Positions 1 to 9,617 of a DNA stretch of 64,000 nt are shown here, one piece after another. Positions within the stretch are counted from its first letter, which is position 1; every line of letters begins with the position of its first letter. Source of the stretch: Candidatus Bathyarchaeota archaeon (GTDB lineage: Archaea > Thermoproteota > Bathyarchaeia > Bathyarchaeales > Bathycorpusculaceae); contig CAWEPZ010000011.1 in the NCBI GenBank assembly GCA_963811105.1, forward strand, positions 768,001 to 832,000. The letters are read 5' to 3'. A program made the position numbers and the translations under genes. Under the pieces are notes generated by a model. It worked only from the letters and a program-made list of their open reading frames with translations. It did no database searches and was not told the origin of the DNA.

Positions 1-1
1 C

Positions 2-265
2 GTAAGATGGAATAAAGAAGGCAAGTTCAACGCAACCATCAACAAACATTTAGCCTGCCGCACGGATGAAAAGTTTATCACTGCTAGACAAGCCTTTCAA
101 CGTCTTGCAAACATTCTAAATGTAACCAACCAATATGACGACAAAATAGAAAAGCATCTCACAAATCTGCCACTTGAGCAATACAAGGAAAAACAGCAAA
201 AAATCCTCAAAAAGGACATATTGAATGTTCTGAAAATTATGGAAAAACGCCATAGAAAAATTTAG
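2..265 (+). CDS. 3' end of a hypothetical helical protein (runs in from the window edge)
   Basis: Open frame 2 from base 2 to TAG at 263-265: VRWNKEGKFNATINKHLACRTDEKFITARQAFQRLANIL...EKRHRKI*. Not in the ORF track because its start lies outside the window. Confidence 0.6.
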   Translation, partial: VRWNKEGKFNATINKHLACRTDEKFITARQAFQRLANILNVTNQYDDKIEKHLTNLPLEQYKEKQQKILKKDILNVLKIMEKRHRKI

Positions 266-343
266 CTTCCTTTAATTTGAAAATTCTAGAAAACTCTGGC
301 TTAATCGCTTTGCATATAAATTAGAAATGCACTTGAGATTACG

Positions 344-1225
344 ATGAAGAAATCAATAATCATAGTCGCCGTTATTGTTGCCGCAATTATTTTGAGCGTT
401 TCAGTCCTCGCTTTTATTAACATCAATAAGACGCAAGGCAACTCAACACCTACGCCAACTCCAACACCCACACCAACAGCAGAACCCACTCTGACACCCA
501 TTGTCTTCCCAACGCCAACTCTCATACCAACGGTCACTGATTATTCCTTTAGCATAGTTAATACGTATCCGCATGACGATAACGCCTTCACTGAAGGTCT
601 TGTTTACTCTAACGGTTCTCTTTATGAGAGCACTGGACTTAATGGTGAATCATCTTTGCGCCGAGTTGACTTAACCACAGGTAATGTATTGCAGGAGATA
701 TTGTTGCCAGGAGAGTATTTTGGGGAAGGCATAACGGTCATCAATAACACGATTATTCAGTTAACTTGGCAGTCCAACATAGGCTTCATCTATGATAAAA
801 ATACATTTGCCACTTTGGGGAACTTCACTTATCCCACAGAAGGTTGGGGTTTAACGTATGATGGCAGACAATTAATCATGAGTGACGGCACAGACAAACT
901 ATACTTTCTAAATCCAACAACTTTCCAACAGACGGGACAAGTTGCGGTACATTACGGAACCACATCTATAGTAAAAATTAACGAGTTGGAGTACATCAAC
1001 GGTTATGTCTACGCTAACATTTGGCAAACAAACAGAATAGCTATAATTAATCCTGTGACAGGAGAAGTTAAAGCTTGGATAAACCTTGCAGAATTACCTG
1101 CGCCTGCACCTGACGGCAACAACGTTCCAAATGGCATAGCTTATGACCAAAATAACAACAGGATTTTTGTTACAGGCAAAGACTGGCCAAACTTGTACCA
1201 AACAGAACTTGTACCTGAAGATTAA
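344..1225 (+). CDS. Glutaminyl-peptide cyclotransferase (plant/bacterial beta-propeller type), N-terminal membrane anchor plus Pro/Thr linker
   Basis: Family motifs YPHD..AFTEGL, ESTG, YFGEGIT, QLTW, EGWGLT, SDGT, NELEYING, ANIW, NGIAYD and TGKDWP. Hydrophobic N-terminus followed by (PT)n. Confidence 0.92.
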   Translation: MKKSIIIVAVIVAAIILSVSVLAFININKTQGNSTPTPTPTPTPTAEPTLTPIVFPTPTLIPTVTDYSFSIVNTYPHDDNAFTEGLVYSNGSLYESTGLNGESSLRRVDLTTGNVLQEILLPGEYFGEGITVINNTIIQLTWQSNIGFIYDKNTFATLGNFTYPTEGWGLTYDGRQLIMSDGTDKLYFLNPTTFQQTGQVAVHYGTTSIVKINELEYINGYVYANIWQTNRIAIINPVTGEVKAWINLAELPAPAPDGNNVPNGIAYDQNNNRIFVTGKDWPNLYQTELVPED

Positions 1226-1663
1226 ACTGGTTGCAACTCATTAATTTTGGGATAAATGATAATACAGAATTACCAATGGAACCACAACAGCATAAGAAAC
1301 CAATGTTCCTAAACAACCATTAAAAATTGAATAATAAGCCGAAATAAAACTTGGAAAAATATTGCTATAATAACAGAAATAAGCCAAGGACTTGGTTGTT
1401 GCTGTACGAGATCCATCCTCTGATTCCAAGTCGAACATGTTCTCTTAACTATTGGCCATTTGATTGTAGTGAATCCATACTGTGCATCCATATGTAGTTC
1501 CACCCCATCATTGTTATTTTATTTATCGTGAACGTACCTTTTATAACAGAAATTGAAACTTCAATTCTAACTTCGACAGATAAATCGGATAGACTATCTC
1601 TCGTCTAATTTTGCTTCTTAAACCAAATTCACATAAAATAAAGAAGTAGAAGAGTGTGGATTT

Positions 1664-3148
1664 TCAAGCATTATTCTTTGTTCGTTTCTTTAGCATGATA
1701 ACAATTGTAAGACTAACAACCACTATGATTATTGACAATATTACTAATGCTTGAAACTCTGGCACGTTAGGTGTAGCTGTGGGAGATGAGGATGTACTAG
1801 GTGAATTGGATGGGCTGTTTGTGGGGTTTGTTGATGGCGAAGACGTCGAGGTAGGTGAAGTTGTCTGAGTGTTGGTAGGTTCAGGTGTTGGAGTAGGAGT
1901 GGCTGCGAGCGGGTTTAAGGTCATGACAACATTATGGTTGCTGTGATGATAAACAAAGATTACTAACCATACGTTGCCACTTGATAGATAAGTGGTATCG
2001 ACTGTTGAGCCGTCTAACGTTACTTTCAGTACTGTGGGATCGGGTAAACTCGATTTTGGAATACAAACTTGGACAAATCCCATTGTTCCATCTGGACCTG
2101 AAACACCGAAGGTCAGCTGGGTTGTTACTGCATTGTAACTAAAGCTGGTTACTGTTGAGTTTGAAGCTACCGTAAATAGCGTTTGGCTTTGGCTGTCTGG
2201 TGGTGCAATCACAAAATTGACTCTATTAATTACGCTCGGGTAAAAGTTGTTGCCAAACCAGACTGCCTGAATAATGTAATTGCCCGAAGCTGAAGGCATC
2301 CAGAACGCAGAGAAGTTGCCTTCGTCGCCAGTATACAAATAAGCTAATGGTTGCCAGCTCGATCCTCCTGTTATGCTGTAAGAAAGCTGTATTGCCTGGT
2401 ATGGCATGGCGACTGCATTAGCTGATCCGTTAATTACTAATGACCCATCGATCCTGACATTAAATCCGCTTAAACTTGTTGAACTTGTGCAGTAGAATTG
2501 CAAAACCGGTCGACTATTATTGGTTATAGGTATTATGTTGGGTAATGGAATCGGAGTTGGTCCCGTAGGAAGAGTTGAATTGCCTGAACCACTACTGAAA
2601 AATGCGTTAAGTTGATGATCCATAGTCATATTTACTCTGGCTGTTGTTCCCGCGCCTATGTATGTTCCGTCAAGATACCAACCGCTGAAGGTATAACCGC
2701 TGTTGGGATTTTCTTGAACATTCACCAAGTCGCCAAACGTGTAATTTGCAACTCCAGCTCCAGGGGCGGTGGTTCCACCAATTGCTGGATTGACAGCAAT
2801 TGTAAGATCAACAACCCGTCTACTAAATGAGGCTAATATGGTGCAGTCTTGCAACATTGTTGCTTGAATACTTGTTTGGTTGCCTTGGTATATTCCGTTT
2901 ACGTACCAGCCATCAAATGCGAATCCTAAATTTGGTTCCTCAGTTGCAGTTACAATCTGACCATAATAGCATGGACCTGAACCCGGTGTGATTCTTCCTG
3001 CCCCTGCAACATTGATAGACATTGTTAGGCTGACAAATGAATATCCGCCATAATTCTGGGCGGATACAACCGAGATTGAAGGTAAAACCAACACCGATAA
3101 AGTGAGGATTATTACTAAGGAGGCAATCTTGCTGGAAGTTATTATCAT
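1664..3148 (-). CDS. Secreted cell-surface protein with two InlB B-repeat-like domains, an Ig-like domain, an S/T/P linker and a PEF-CTERM-like sorting tail
   Basis: Signal peptide. Two repeats of G..TPG.G..Y..G..V...E.PN.G..F.GWY. C-terminus VPEF + transmembrane helix + KKRTK. Confidence 0.75.
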   Translation of the reverse strand: MIITSSKIASLVIILTLSVLVLPSISVVSAQNYGGYSFVSLTMSINVAGAGRITPGSGPCYYGQIVTATEEPNLGFAFDGWYVNGIYQGNQTSIQATMLQDCTILASFSRRVVDLTIAVNPAIGGTTAPGAGVANYTFGDLVNVQENPNSGYTFSGWYLDGTYIGAGTTARVNMTMDHQLNAFFSSGSGNSTLPTGPTPIPLPNIIPITNNSRPVLQFYCTSSTSLSGFNVRIDGSLVINGSANAVAMPYQAIQLSYSITGGSSWQPLAYLYTGDEGNFSAFWMPSASGNYIIQAVWFGNNFYPSVINRVNFVIAPPDSQSQTLFTVASNSTVTSFSYNAVTTQLTFGVSGPDGTMGFVQVCIPKSSLPDPTVLKVTLDGSTVDTTYLSSGNVWLVIFVYHHSNHNVVMTLNPLAATPTPTPEPTNTQTTSPTSTSSPSTNPTNSPSNSPSTSSSPTATPNVPEFQALVILSIIIVVVSLTIVIMLKKRTKNNA

Positions 3149-3332
3149 GACTATTCCTATTCAATACATAGTTTAAGACTGATATAAGCTTTTCAGTGCT
3201 TGCCTGATGGCTATCTGTTCACGTGAGCCAGCGTTAGACATGCTTTATAGTAGATGTTATATTAGCAGAACGTAATGAAAGCACTAGACTATAGCATATG
3301 GGTGTAATATGCGTACTTGACGGCGCCAGACC

Positions 3333-5585
3333 ATGGAGAAAATAAGCAAAGAATTGTTGCTAATAGGAATAGGAACAGTCGCCTTTTTCTATAGGTTTGC
3401 GCTTATGACAATGAATGTCTTTCCACCAGGCAGCGATATAGGATTACACGAAAGTGTGATAAAGACAATCACTTCAGCCCCAACAAACTTCTTCTGGAAC
3501 AATTATCACATGGGCGGCGGGTTATCAGTAACTAATCCAGGCTACCACATATTTGCCGCATTCATAACAACAATGACAACACTGCCCGATTATGTCGCAC
3601 AGGCTATGGTGGCTTCTTTGTTTTCGGCACTCATAGTTTTAAGCGCATTCTTAATTACAAGGCATGTTTGGAGTGAAACTGCAGCTTTTGTTGTTGCCGT
3701 TTTAACGATTTTTTCTGTGGGCGACATTTACATGTTAAGCTGGGGTGGGTACCCAAACATAATAGCGCTCATGTTAATACCAATCGTTTTTTACCTGTTT
3801 TTGCAGCCCTCAAAACTGTCTTCCAAAAGCGTTCTTGCAGTTGCGTCAATTCTTGTCAGCGCCTTATTCTTGACGCATGTCTTTAGCGCACTCATCTTCT
3901 TAGTAACAACAATATTTGCACTCCTTGTTTGCACGTTTTTTTGGAAAAAAACGGGTTTATCAAAGAAACAAGTGGTTTATTGGTTGATACCACTGGCTTT
4001 GGGTGCTTTGCTGGTTTCACCTTATCTCTTCAATATTATCCCTGTATATTTCAGTTCGGAAGGCACTATAACGGGTGCTGTTTCAGCAACAAACCAAGCC
4101 GTCCTTCAGACAAGGCTGATACCGTTAGAAATTATAGGCTTGAGTCTGATCGGATTTTTCCTTTTCTTTGTAGTTTCCAAACTTAAAACAGGTAAATTCA
4201 TGTCGGTTCCCACTATTCTCTTTGCGTCATGGATGCTTGTTCCAGCATTGGCAACTCAGAGCTACCTGTTTGGCTTGTATTTGGATTATGATCGTTTTCT
4301 GTATTTCTTGGCTGTTCCCGCTATTGTTTGCATTGGATTGATAATAACAAGTTTGCCAAATGCCCTCTATCGTGCCACACAGATTCTTCAGCGCTCAGGC
4401 AAACTGAGAATCAAGTTAGCTGCGGTGCAGGTGTCCAAAAGAGCTGCAACTACAATCTTGGTAGTAGTTTTGATTGTTGGTGTATTATTTACTCCTCTTT
4501 TCTCTTTGCCAACCACAGGGATTTCTCAAGCAAACTATTTCCAAGTTATGAATCCTTCAGAATACAAGGCGATCCAATGGGTAAAAACGAATACCCCACC
4601 TGGTTCAGTTTGTGTTGCTGACGCGGAGTTTGGCTGGTGGCTATCAGGATTTGCTCAACGACCAACATTAAGTGCAGTTTCCCCACAGTATTTGATTTTG
4701 AATCATGAGGTTGCTCCTGCTGCGATTGCTACCAATCTTTTAACTGCTGATTATCTGGTGGATAACGGGCTCATACAAATCAAACAGGAAGGATCTTTTG
4801 CAAACGGTAACAATCATGAGATTTTAGGGATTTTTAATGATTCATACCTTCATCCGCCCGTTTTTTCGCTGAATGACACGCAAATCAGTATGCTTTACAG
4901 AGAAAATGGTTCACCGCAACAGTTTAGCATGACAGAGTTAAATCAAACAAGCACAAAAATACAAAGCAATCAGAATCAAGCCTCCTTTGAGATTTCCCGC
5001 GAGAACCAGATTTTTAGAATTACTGAAGAAATAACGATCTCTAGAGGCGTTAGCTTCGCCCAAGTGTCGTTTATTCTGCAGAATAAAACTGACAACGTAA
5101 ATTTTGATTGGCTGCACTTACCTTTTCAATCAAGAGGTTTGGCCATACAGTACGATAACAGCATAGGTTTTGCTGACACCATGTTGCATCAGATGAACCA
5201 AATGATCTTTCCTTACTCTACGCTTGGCAACGACGTTATATTACAGCAAAACCCTGATTCCTACGAGCTAATCTACAGCTTGTATGGCAACCCATCGGTT
5301 AAGACAAGTTTCTTTGTAGGAACTAGCCAGTTTAGCTCTAATTTAGATGCTACACACGTTAATGCGCTAAATAGTTTAATAGAAACCAACTCAAGAAACT
5401 ACCTCCACAAAATCTCTGACCAACCATTGAACTCTTTTGATTACCAAACGGCCATACAACAATGGAACATATCGTACATTGCCCTTCGAGATTTTGTCAA
5501 GATTTCAAGGTTCACTAATGACCCCATGTTTATGCTTGTCTTCAAAAACGACCAAATGGCTATATTCAAAATTGTGAAGCCTTAG
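3333..5585 (+). CDS. Multi-pass membrane protein, GT-C-fold glycosyltransferase-like
   Basis: About 12 hydrophobic segments, PPGSDIGLH in the first loop, NPGYH, WGGYPN, and a soluble C-terminal part starting AIQWVKTNTP. Confidence 0.6.
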   Translation: MEKISKELLLIGIGTVAFFYRFALMTMNVFPPGSDIGLHESVIKTITSAPTNFFWNNYHMGGGLSVTNPGYHIFAAFITTMTTLPDYVAQAMVASLFSALIVLSAFLITRHVWSETAAFVVAVLTIFSVGDIYMLSWGGYPNIIALMLIPIVFYLFLQPSKLSSKSVLAVASILVSALFLTHVFSALIFLVTTIFALLVCTFFWKKTGLSKKQVVYWLIPLALGALLVSPYLFNIIPVYFSSEGTITGAVSATNQAVLQTRLIPLEIIGLSLIGFFLFFVVSKLKTGKFMSVPTILFASWMLVPALATQSYLFGLYLDYDRFLYFLAVPAIVCIGLIITSLPNALYRATQILQRSGKLRIKLAAVQVSKRAATTILVVVLIVGVLFTPLFSLPTTGISQANYFQVMNPSEYKAIQWVKTNTPPGSVCVADAEFGWWLSGFAQRPTLSAVSPQYLILNHEVAPAAIATNLLTADYLVDNGLIQIKQEGSFANGNNHEILGIFNDSYLHPPVFSLNDTQISMLYRENGSPQQFSMTELNQTSTKIQSNQNQASFEISRENQIFRITEEITISRGVSFAQVSFILQNKTDNVNFDWLHLPFQSRGLAIQYDNSIGFADTMLHQMNQMIFPYSTLGNDVILQQNPDSYELIYSLYGNPSVKTSFFVGTSQFSSNLDATHVNALNSLIETNSRNYLHKISDQPLNSFDYQTAIQQWNISYIALRDFVKISRFTNDPMFMLVFKNDQMAIFKIVKP

Positions 5586-5770
5586 TCTCTTCACATATTT
5601 TCTCCTTATGGATTTTTTTTCGGTCTCATCATTTGATTAAAAAACTTTACTTTTTTTATTCGTCTGTTAATTTATCTAGATAATGAGAACAAAATATACA
5701 TCGGTTGTTTTGAGTTTAAAATTATATATAATAGTTGTAATAGTGTCATGAAAGCACATTCACCATTAAT

Positions 5771-6217
5771 GTGGGGGACAAGAATTTGGATGAAATATTA
5801 GAAATGTTAGATAAAACCGCCAAGCGAATACAGAAAATAGTGGATGAAACAAAAGAAGCCACATGGAAACAAACAGCCCTTTACGAGCAGATTACCCAAT
5901 CACCAGAAGTTTCTCAGGAGCAAAAAATTAAAGCTTTCATAAAGAAAACTCGTTATTTAGATCAGCTTGAAGGCTTAAACTCTCAACTCAGCCTGCTTTA
6001 TATGTTGCAGATTTTTGCGTTCAAAGTTAAAGTCCTTGAAGTTACCGTAGACAACATAAACGATCAGCTAGAGAAATCAGGCGTTCTCACCAAAACCGCA
6101 GAAATAGAAAGCATAAAAACAAACATTGACTCGCTAAAAATCCTAATTGAAGCTCAGTTTGAATCAATGAAAGAAATTCATGACACACAAAACAAAACTT
6201 TAGATTACATCCATTAG
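5771..6217 (+). CDS. Hypothetical coiled-coil protein
   Basis: 148-aa ORF (GTG start) with a helical heptad-like pattern, downstream of an AT-rich TATA-like region. Confidence 0.7.
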   Translation: MGDKNLDEILEMLDKTAKRIQKIVDETKEATWKQTALYEQITQSPEVSQEQKIKAFIKKTRYLDQLEGLNSQLSLLYMLQIFAFKVKVLEVTVDNINDQLEKSGVLTKTAEIESIKTNIDSLKILIEAQFESMKEIHDTQNKTLDYIH

Positions 6218-6424
6218 ATATCAAGACCTTTGCAAAAGTTTGTTTCTTCTTACTTTAAATAAGTTTTCGATTTTTACCTATTTTGGTTAGAAACATAAAC
6301 AGTGTAAAAGAGAAAAAGCAAGCGCTAAGAATTCTAACTATTATCTACGCAAGCTTTTTAGGTCAAATTCCACCTTAACCGCAAGTCCAATTATTAAGAA
6401 ATTAAATTGGTTTAGGTACTTCCT

Positions 6425-9037
6425 ATGAGTCAGTGGCATTCACAAGAAACACAAGAACTGATCAGTCAACTAGGCGTGAATCCACAAAACGGCTTAACAG
6501 AGCAGGAGGCATCACAGCGACTCAACAAATACGGAAAAAATAGCCTAGTTCAAGCAAGAGAAATCCGCTTCTTAAGCATTTTTCGAGAAGAAGTAACTGA
6601 ACCCATGATTCTGCTGCTTATCGCTGTCGGCGTTCTCTATAGTTTACTTGGCACTTTAACCGATGCGGTCACAATCCTTGCAATAATAATCGTCCTTGTC
6701 TTGGCGGAGGTGTGGAACGAATATAGAGCAAAACATTCAATCGCTTCGCTGAAGCAACTTGCGCCACCAACAGCTTTTGTGATAAGGAATGGGCAACAAA
6801 TAGAGGTTGAAACCGCACTCCTTGTTCCAGGAGATATTTTACTTCTAAAAACAGGTCAAAGGGTTCCGGCGGATGCCCGATTGATTGAAGCCTTCGGGCT
6901 GGAAGTTGATGAGTCCTCGTTAACTGGCGAATCGTTTCCTGCAGCTAAAGATTCCTCGTCAGCATTACCAAGTGAAACTAGAATTACTGATCAAACAAAC
7001 ATGGTATTCGCAGGAACAATAGTCACCCGAGGAAGAGCCAAAGCGTTAATAACTGCAACAGGAGTCAACTCGGAGCTTGGAAGAGTTGTAGGCATAACTA
7101 AAGCTGCAAAGGAACCTAAAACAAGCCTGCAGTTGGCTATGAAACAGCTTTCTAAAACTCTTGTTTGGATTGCATTATTCTTTAGCATTCTTATCCCAGT
7201 TTTAAGCTACCTTAGAGGCGTTCAGCCTAGTATGGGACAGGCAGTACTTTATGGGTTATCACTAGCGTTTGTCGTTATCCCTGAGGAGCTCCCGATTATT
7301 ATCACCATGGTGCTGGGAGTTGGAGGCTATGAATTGTCGAAAAAAGGCGCCATCGTTAAGCGTTTGCGAGCAGCAGAAACCCTTGGAAACGTAACCGTCA
7401 TAGCTACAGACAAAACAGGCACAATAACAGAAAGCAAAATGAGGCTTGAACACTTCTATTTTGATGGCGCCATCCGCAAAAGCGAAGATTTCAAAGAAAA
7501 CGAGAAAGCGGCTTTAAAAACCGCTCTTCTAGCCAGCGACGCCGTCGGCGACAAGTCGACCAGCATGTTTTTGACCAATCCAATGTCTCAAGCTATTCTT
7601 CAACGGCTCAATCAAGATGGAGCTAACGCACAAAACATAACTAAAGATTGGGTTCTCAAAGATGAGTTAAGTTTTGATGTAAAACGCAAAATGGCTTCAT
7701 ATATCTATCAGTACGGTAGTTCCATAGTGGTCTTAACTAGCGGTGCGCCAGAGAGAATCTTAGCTAACTCTACAAGAATCCTGGCCAAAGGTGAAGAAAC
7801 ATCGCTTGACAATTCCTTACGAAATGAAATTAATCACGTTATGGCGCAGATGGCTCAATCAGGTGAACGACTACTAGGCTTTGGCTACCACAGATTATCA
7901 ACTGAGGAAACTATTGAGAAGCAGAATCATGAAAAAGATATTGTTTTTGTCGGGATTTTAGGTTTCATTGACCCTCCAAGAAAAGAAGTAAGGGGCGCCA
8001 TCCGAACATGCCAAGAAGCTGGCATTAAAGTAATAATGATTACTGGCGACCATCCAGAAACCGCTAAAGCAATTGCCGCCCAAGTTGGCATAAACAGCAC
8101 CAACGTGTTAACCGGCAGCGAAATCTCAACGATGACTAATGAAGACCTCAAGAAAGCCCTAAGAAACACCTATGTGTTTGCGCGGGTTACTCCTGAAGAT
8201 AAGCTGCGGATAGTTCGACTTCTGAAGGAGGACGGCGAAGTCGTGGCGGTCACGGGTGACGGAATTAATGATGCTCCAGCACTCAAAGAAGCACATATTG
8301 GCGTAGCAATGGGTGTTCGCGGAACAGATGTGGCTAAAGAAACAGCTGACATGATTCTAACTGATGATAACTTTGCCACTTTAGAAATTGCCGTTAACGA
8401 AGGACGCAAACTCTTCAGCAACCTGCGTAAAGGCGTCCGGTATTACTTAGCCTGCAAAGTGGCTTTAGTCTCAATTTTCCTTGTGCCAATCATTTTGGGT
8501 ATTCCATTGCCGTTTGCCCCTATACAAATTATAGTGCTTGAACTCTTCATGGATCTTGCAGCATCCGCTACCTTTGTTGCAGAACCAGCAGAAGAGGGCA
8601 TAATGAATAAGCCACCGAACAGCCCCAAAGAGAAGTTCCTGAACCATCCCATGCTAAGAAGCCTCTTTTTGGGTGCTTTAAGCCTCTTTCTAGCGGTCAC
8701 CGTTACTTTCCTGTTTGCATGGTACACAACCCAAAGCTTACCCTACGCTCGAACTGTGGCGTTTGCGACATGGATGTTTGGGCACATCTTCCTTGCTCTA
8801 AATTTCCGCTCAGACCGGGAACCGCTAATAAAAGAAGGCTTGCTTTCAAACAAAGTCATGCTTCTTTGGGCACTGCTTGTGTTTATCACTTTGGTTGTTG
8901 GCACATCATTACCGGCTACACAGACTGCTTTGCAAATTACGGGTTTAAGCCTTAAAGATTGGGCTCTAGTCATCGCCGTATCGTTTGCAGCTACGTTCTG
9001 GTTAGAACTTAAGAAAATCCTGCGGAAAGACACTTAA
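6425..9037 (+). CDS. Cation-translocating P-type ATPase (type IIA-like)
   Basis: DESSLTGES, IPEELP, phosphorylation site DKTGT, MITGDH, FARVTPEDK and TGDGINDAPAL. Confidence 0.95.
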   Translation: MSQWHSQETQELISQLGVNPQNGLTEQEASQRLNKYGKNSLVQAREIRFLSIFREEVTEPMILLLIAVGVLYSLLGTLTDAVTILAIIIVLVLAEVWNEYRAKHSIASLKQLAPPTAFVIRNGQQIEVETALLVPGDILLLKTGQRVPADARLIEAFGLEVDESSLTGESFPAAKDSSSALPSETRITDQTNMVFAGTIVTRGRAKALITATGVNSELGRVVGITKAAKEPKTSLQLAMKQLSKTLVWIALFFSILIPVLSYLRGVQPSMGQAVLYGLSLAFVVIPEELPIIITMVLGVGGYELSKKGAIVKRLRAAETLGNVTVIATDKTGTITESKMRLEHFYFDGAIRKSEDFKENEKAALKTALLASDAVGDKSTSMFLTNPMSQAILQRLNQDGANAQNITKDWVLKDELSFDVKRKMASYIYQYGSSIVVLTSGAPERILANSTRILAKGEETSLDNSLRNEINHVMAQMAQSGERLLGFGYHRLSTEETIEKQNHEKDIVFVGILGFIDPPRKEVRGAIRTCQEAGIKVIMITGDHPETAKAIAAQVGINSTNVLTGSEISTMTNEDLKKALRNTYVFARVTPEDKLRIVRLLKEDGEVVAVTGDGINDAPALKEAHIGVAMGVRGTDVAKETADMILTDDNFATLEIAVNEGRKLFSNLRKGVRYYLACKVALVSIFLVPIILGIPLPFAPIQIIVLELFMDLAASATFVAEPAEEGIMNKPPNSPKEKFLNHPMLRSLFLGALSLFLAVTVTFLFAWYTTQSLPYARTVAFATWMFGHIFLALNFRSDREPLIKEGLLSNKVMLLWALLVFITLVVGTSLPATQTALQITGLSLKDWALVIAVSFAATFWLELKKILRKDT

Positions 9038-9086
9038 CCTTTAAACCCAAACACATCTATACATTCAATTGAGAGAGAGCGGGGAC

Positions 9087-9503
9087 ATGCCGATAAAATA
9101 TTTTGAAGCTCCAGAAATCAAAAAGCAAGTTGACAAATTAGCAGAAGAATGCGAGTTCTATCATGTTGTACCCCAATTTGTTTTCTGCATCCGAAGCAGA
9201 GGCTCCAAAGCAAGGCGGACAATCGCCCGCATTCATGGTTTAGGGAAGGTTTGGCAAGGAGTTCTGAACCTCCCGCCTTCATACACCATAGAGGTTATCT
9301 CCGAGGTTTACGACAAAATGTCTGATCAAGATAAAGAGCGAACTTTGATTCATGAGCTTATGCATATTCCAGGGGCTTTCGGCGGCGGTTTTCGCCCTCA
9401 CAAAGGGTATGTTGAACGCAAAAATGTCGAGGCAGTCTACCAAAAGTTGCAGACTGATAGGGCCACAAAAAAACAAAAAAACCTGTTCTCCCATCAGTTT
9501 TAA
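9087..9503 (+). CDS. Putative zincin-like metallopeptidase
   Basis: HELMH (HExxH) motif and ARIHGL. ATG at 9087 preferred over the upstream TTG. Confidence 0.8.
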   Translation: MPIKYFEAPEIKKQVDKLAEECEFYHVVPQFVFCIRSRGSKARRTIARIHGLGKVWQGVLNLPPSYTIEVISEVYDKMSDQDKERTLIHELMHIPGAFGGGFRPHKGYVERKNVEAVYQKLQTDRATKKQKNLFSHQF

Positions 9504-9617
9504 TCATGTTTGCTCAAATATTTTTACAATCTAACAGGAAAAAAAACATGCACAGTTAAATACTTGGCGAAGGCTTAAACATGAAAAGTCGTGCCAAAAT
9601 CAATTGAGGTTTGATTG

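Noticed and set aside
443-530. (PT)n and S/T/P low-complexity coding repeats
   Set aside because: Ordinary linker regions of surface proteins, not independent repeat elements.
1241-1503. Two short overlapping minus-strand ORFs
   Set aside because: No recognisable motif; possibly decayed sequence.
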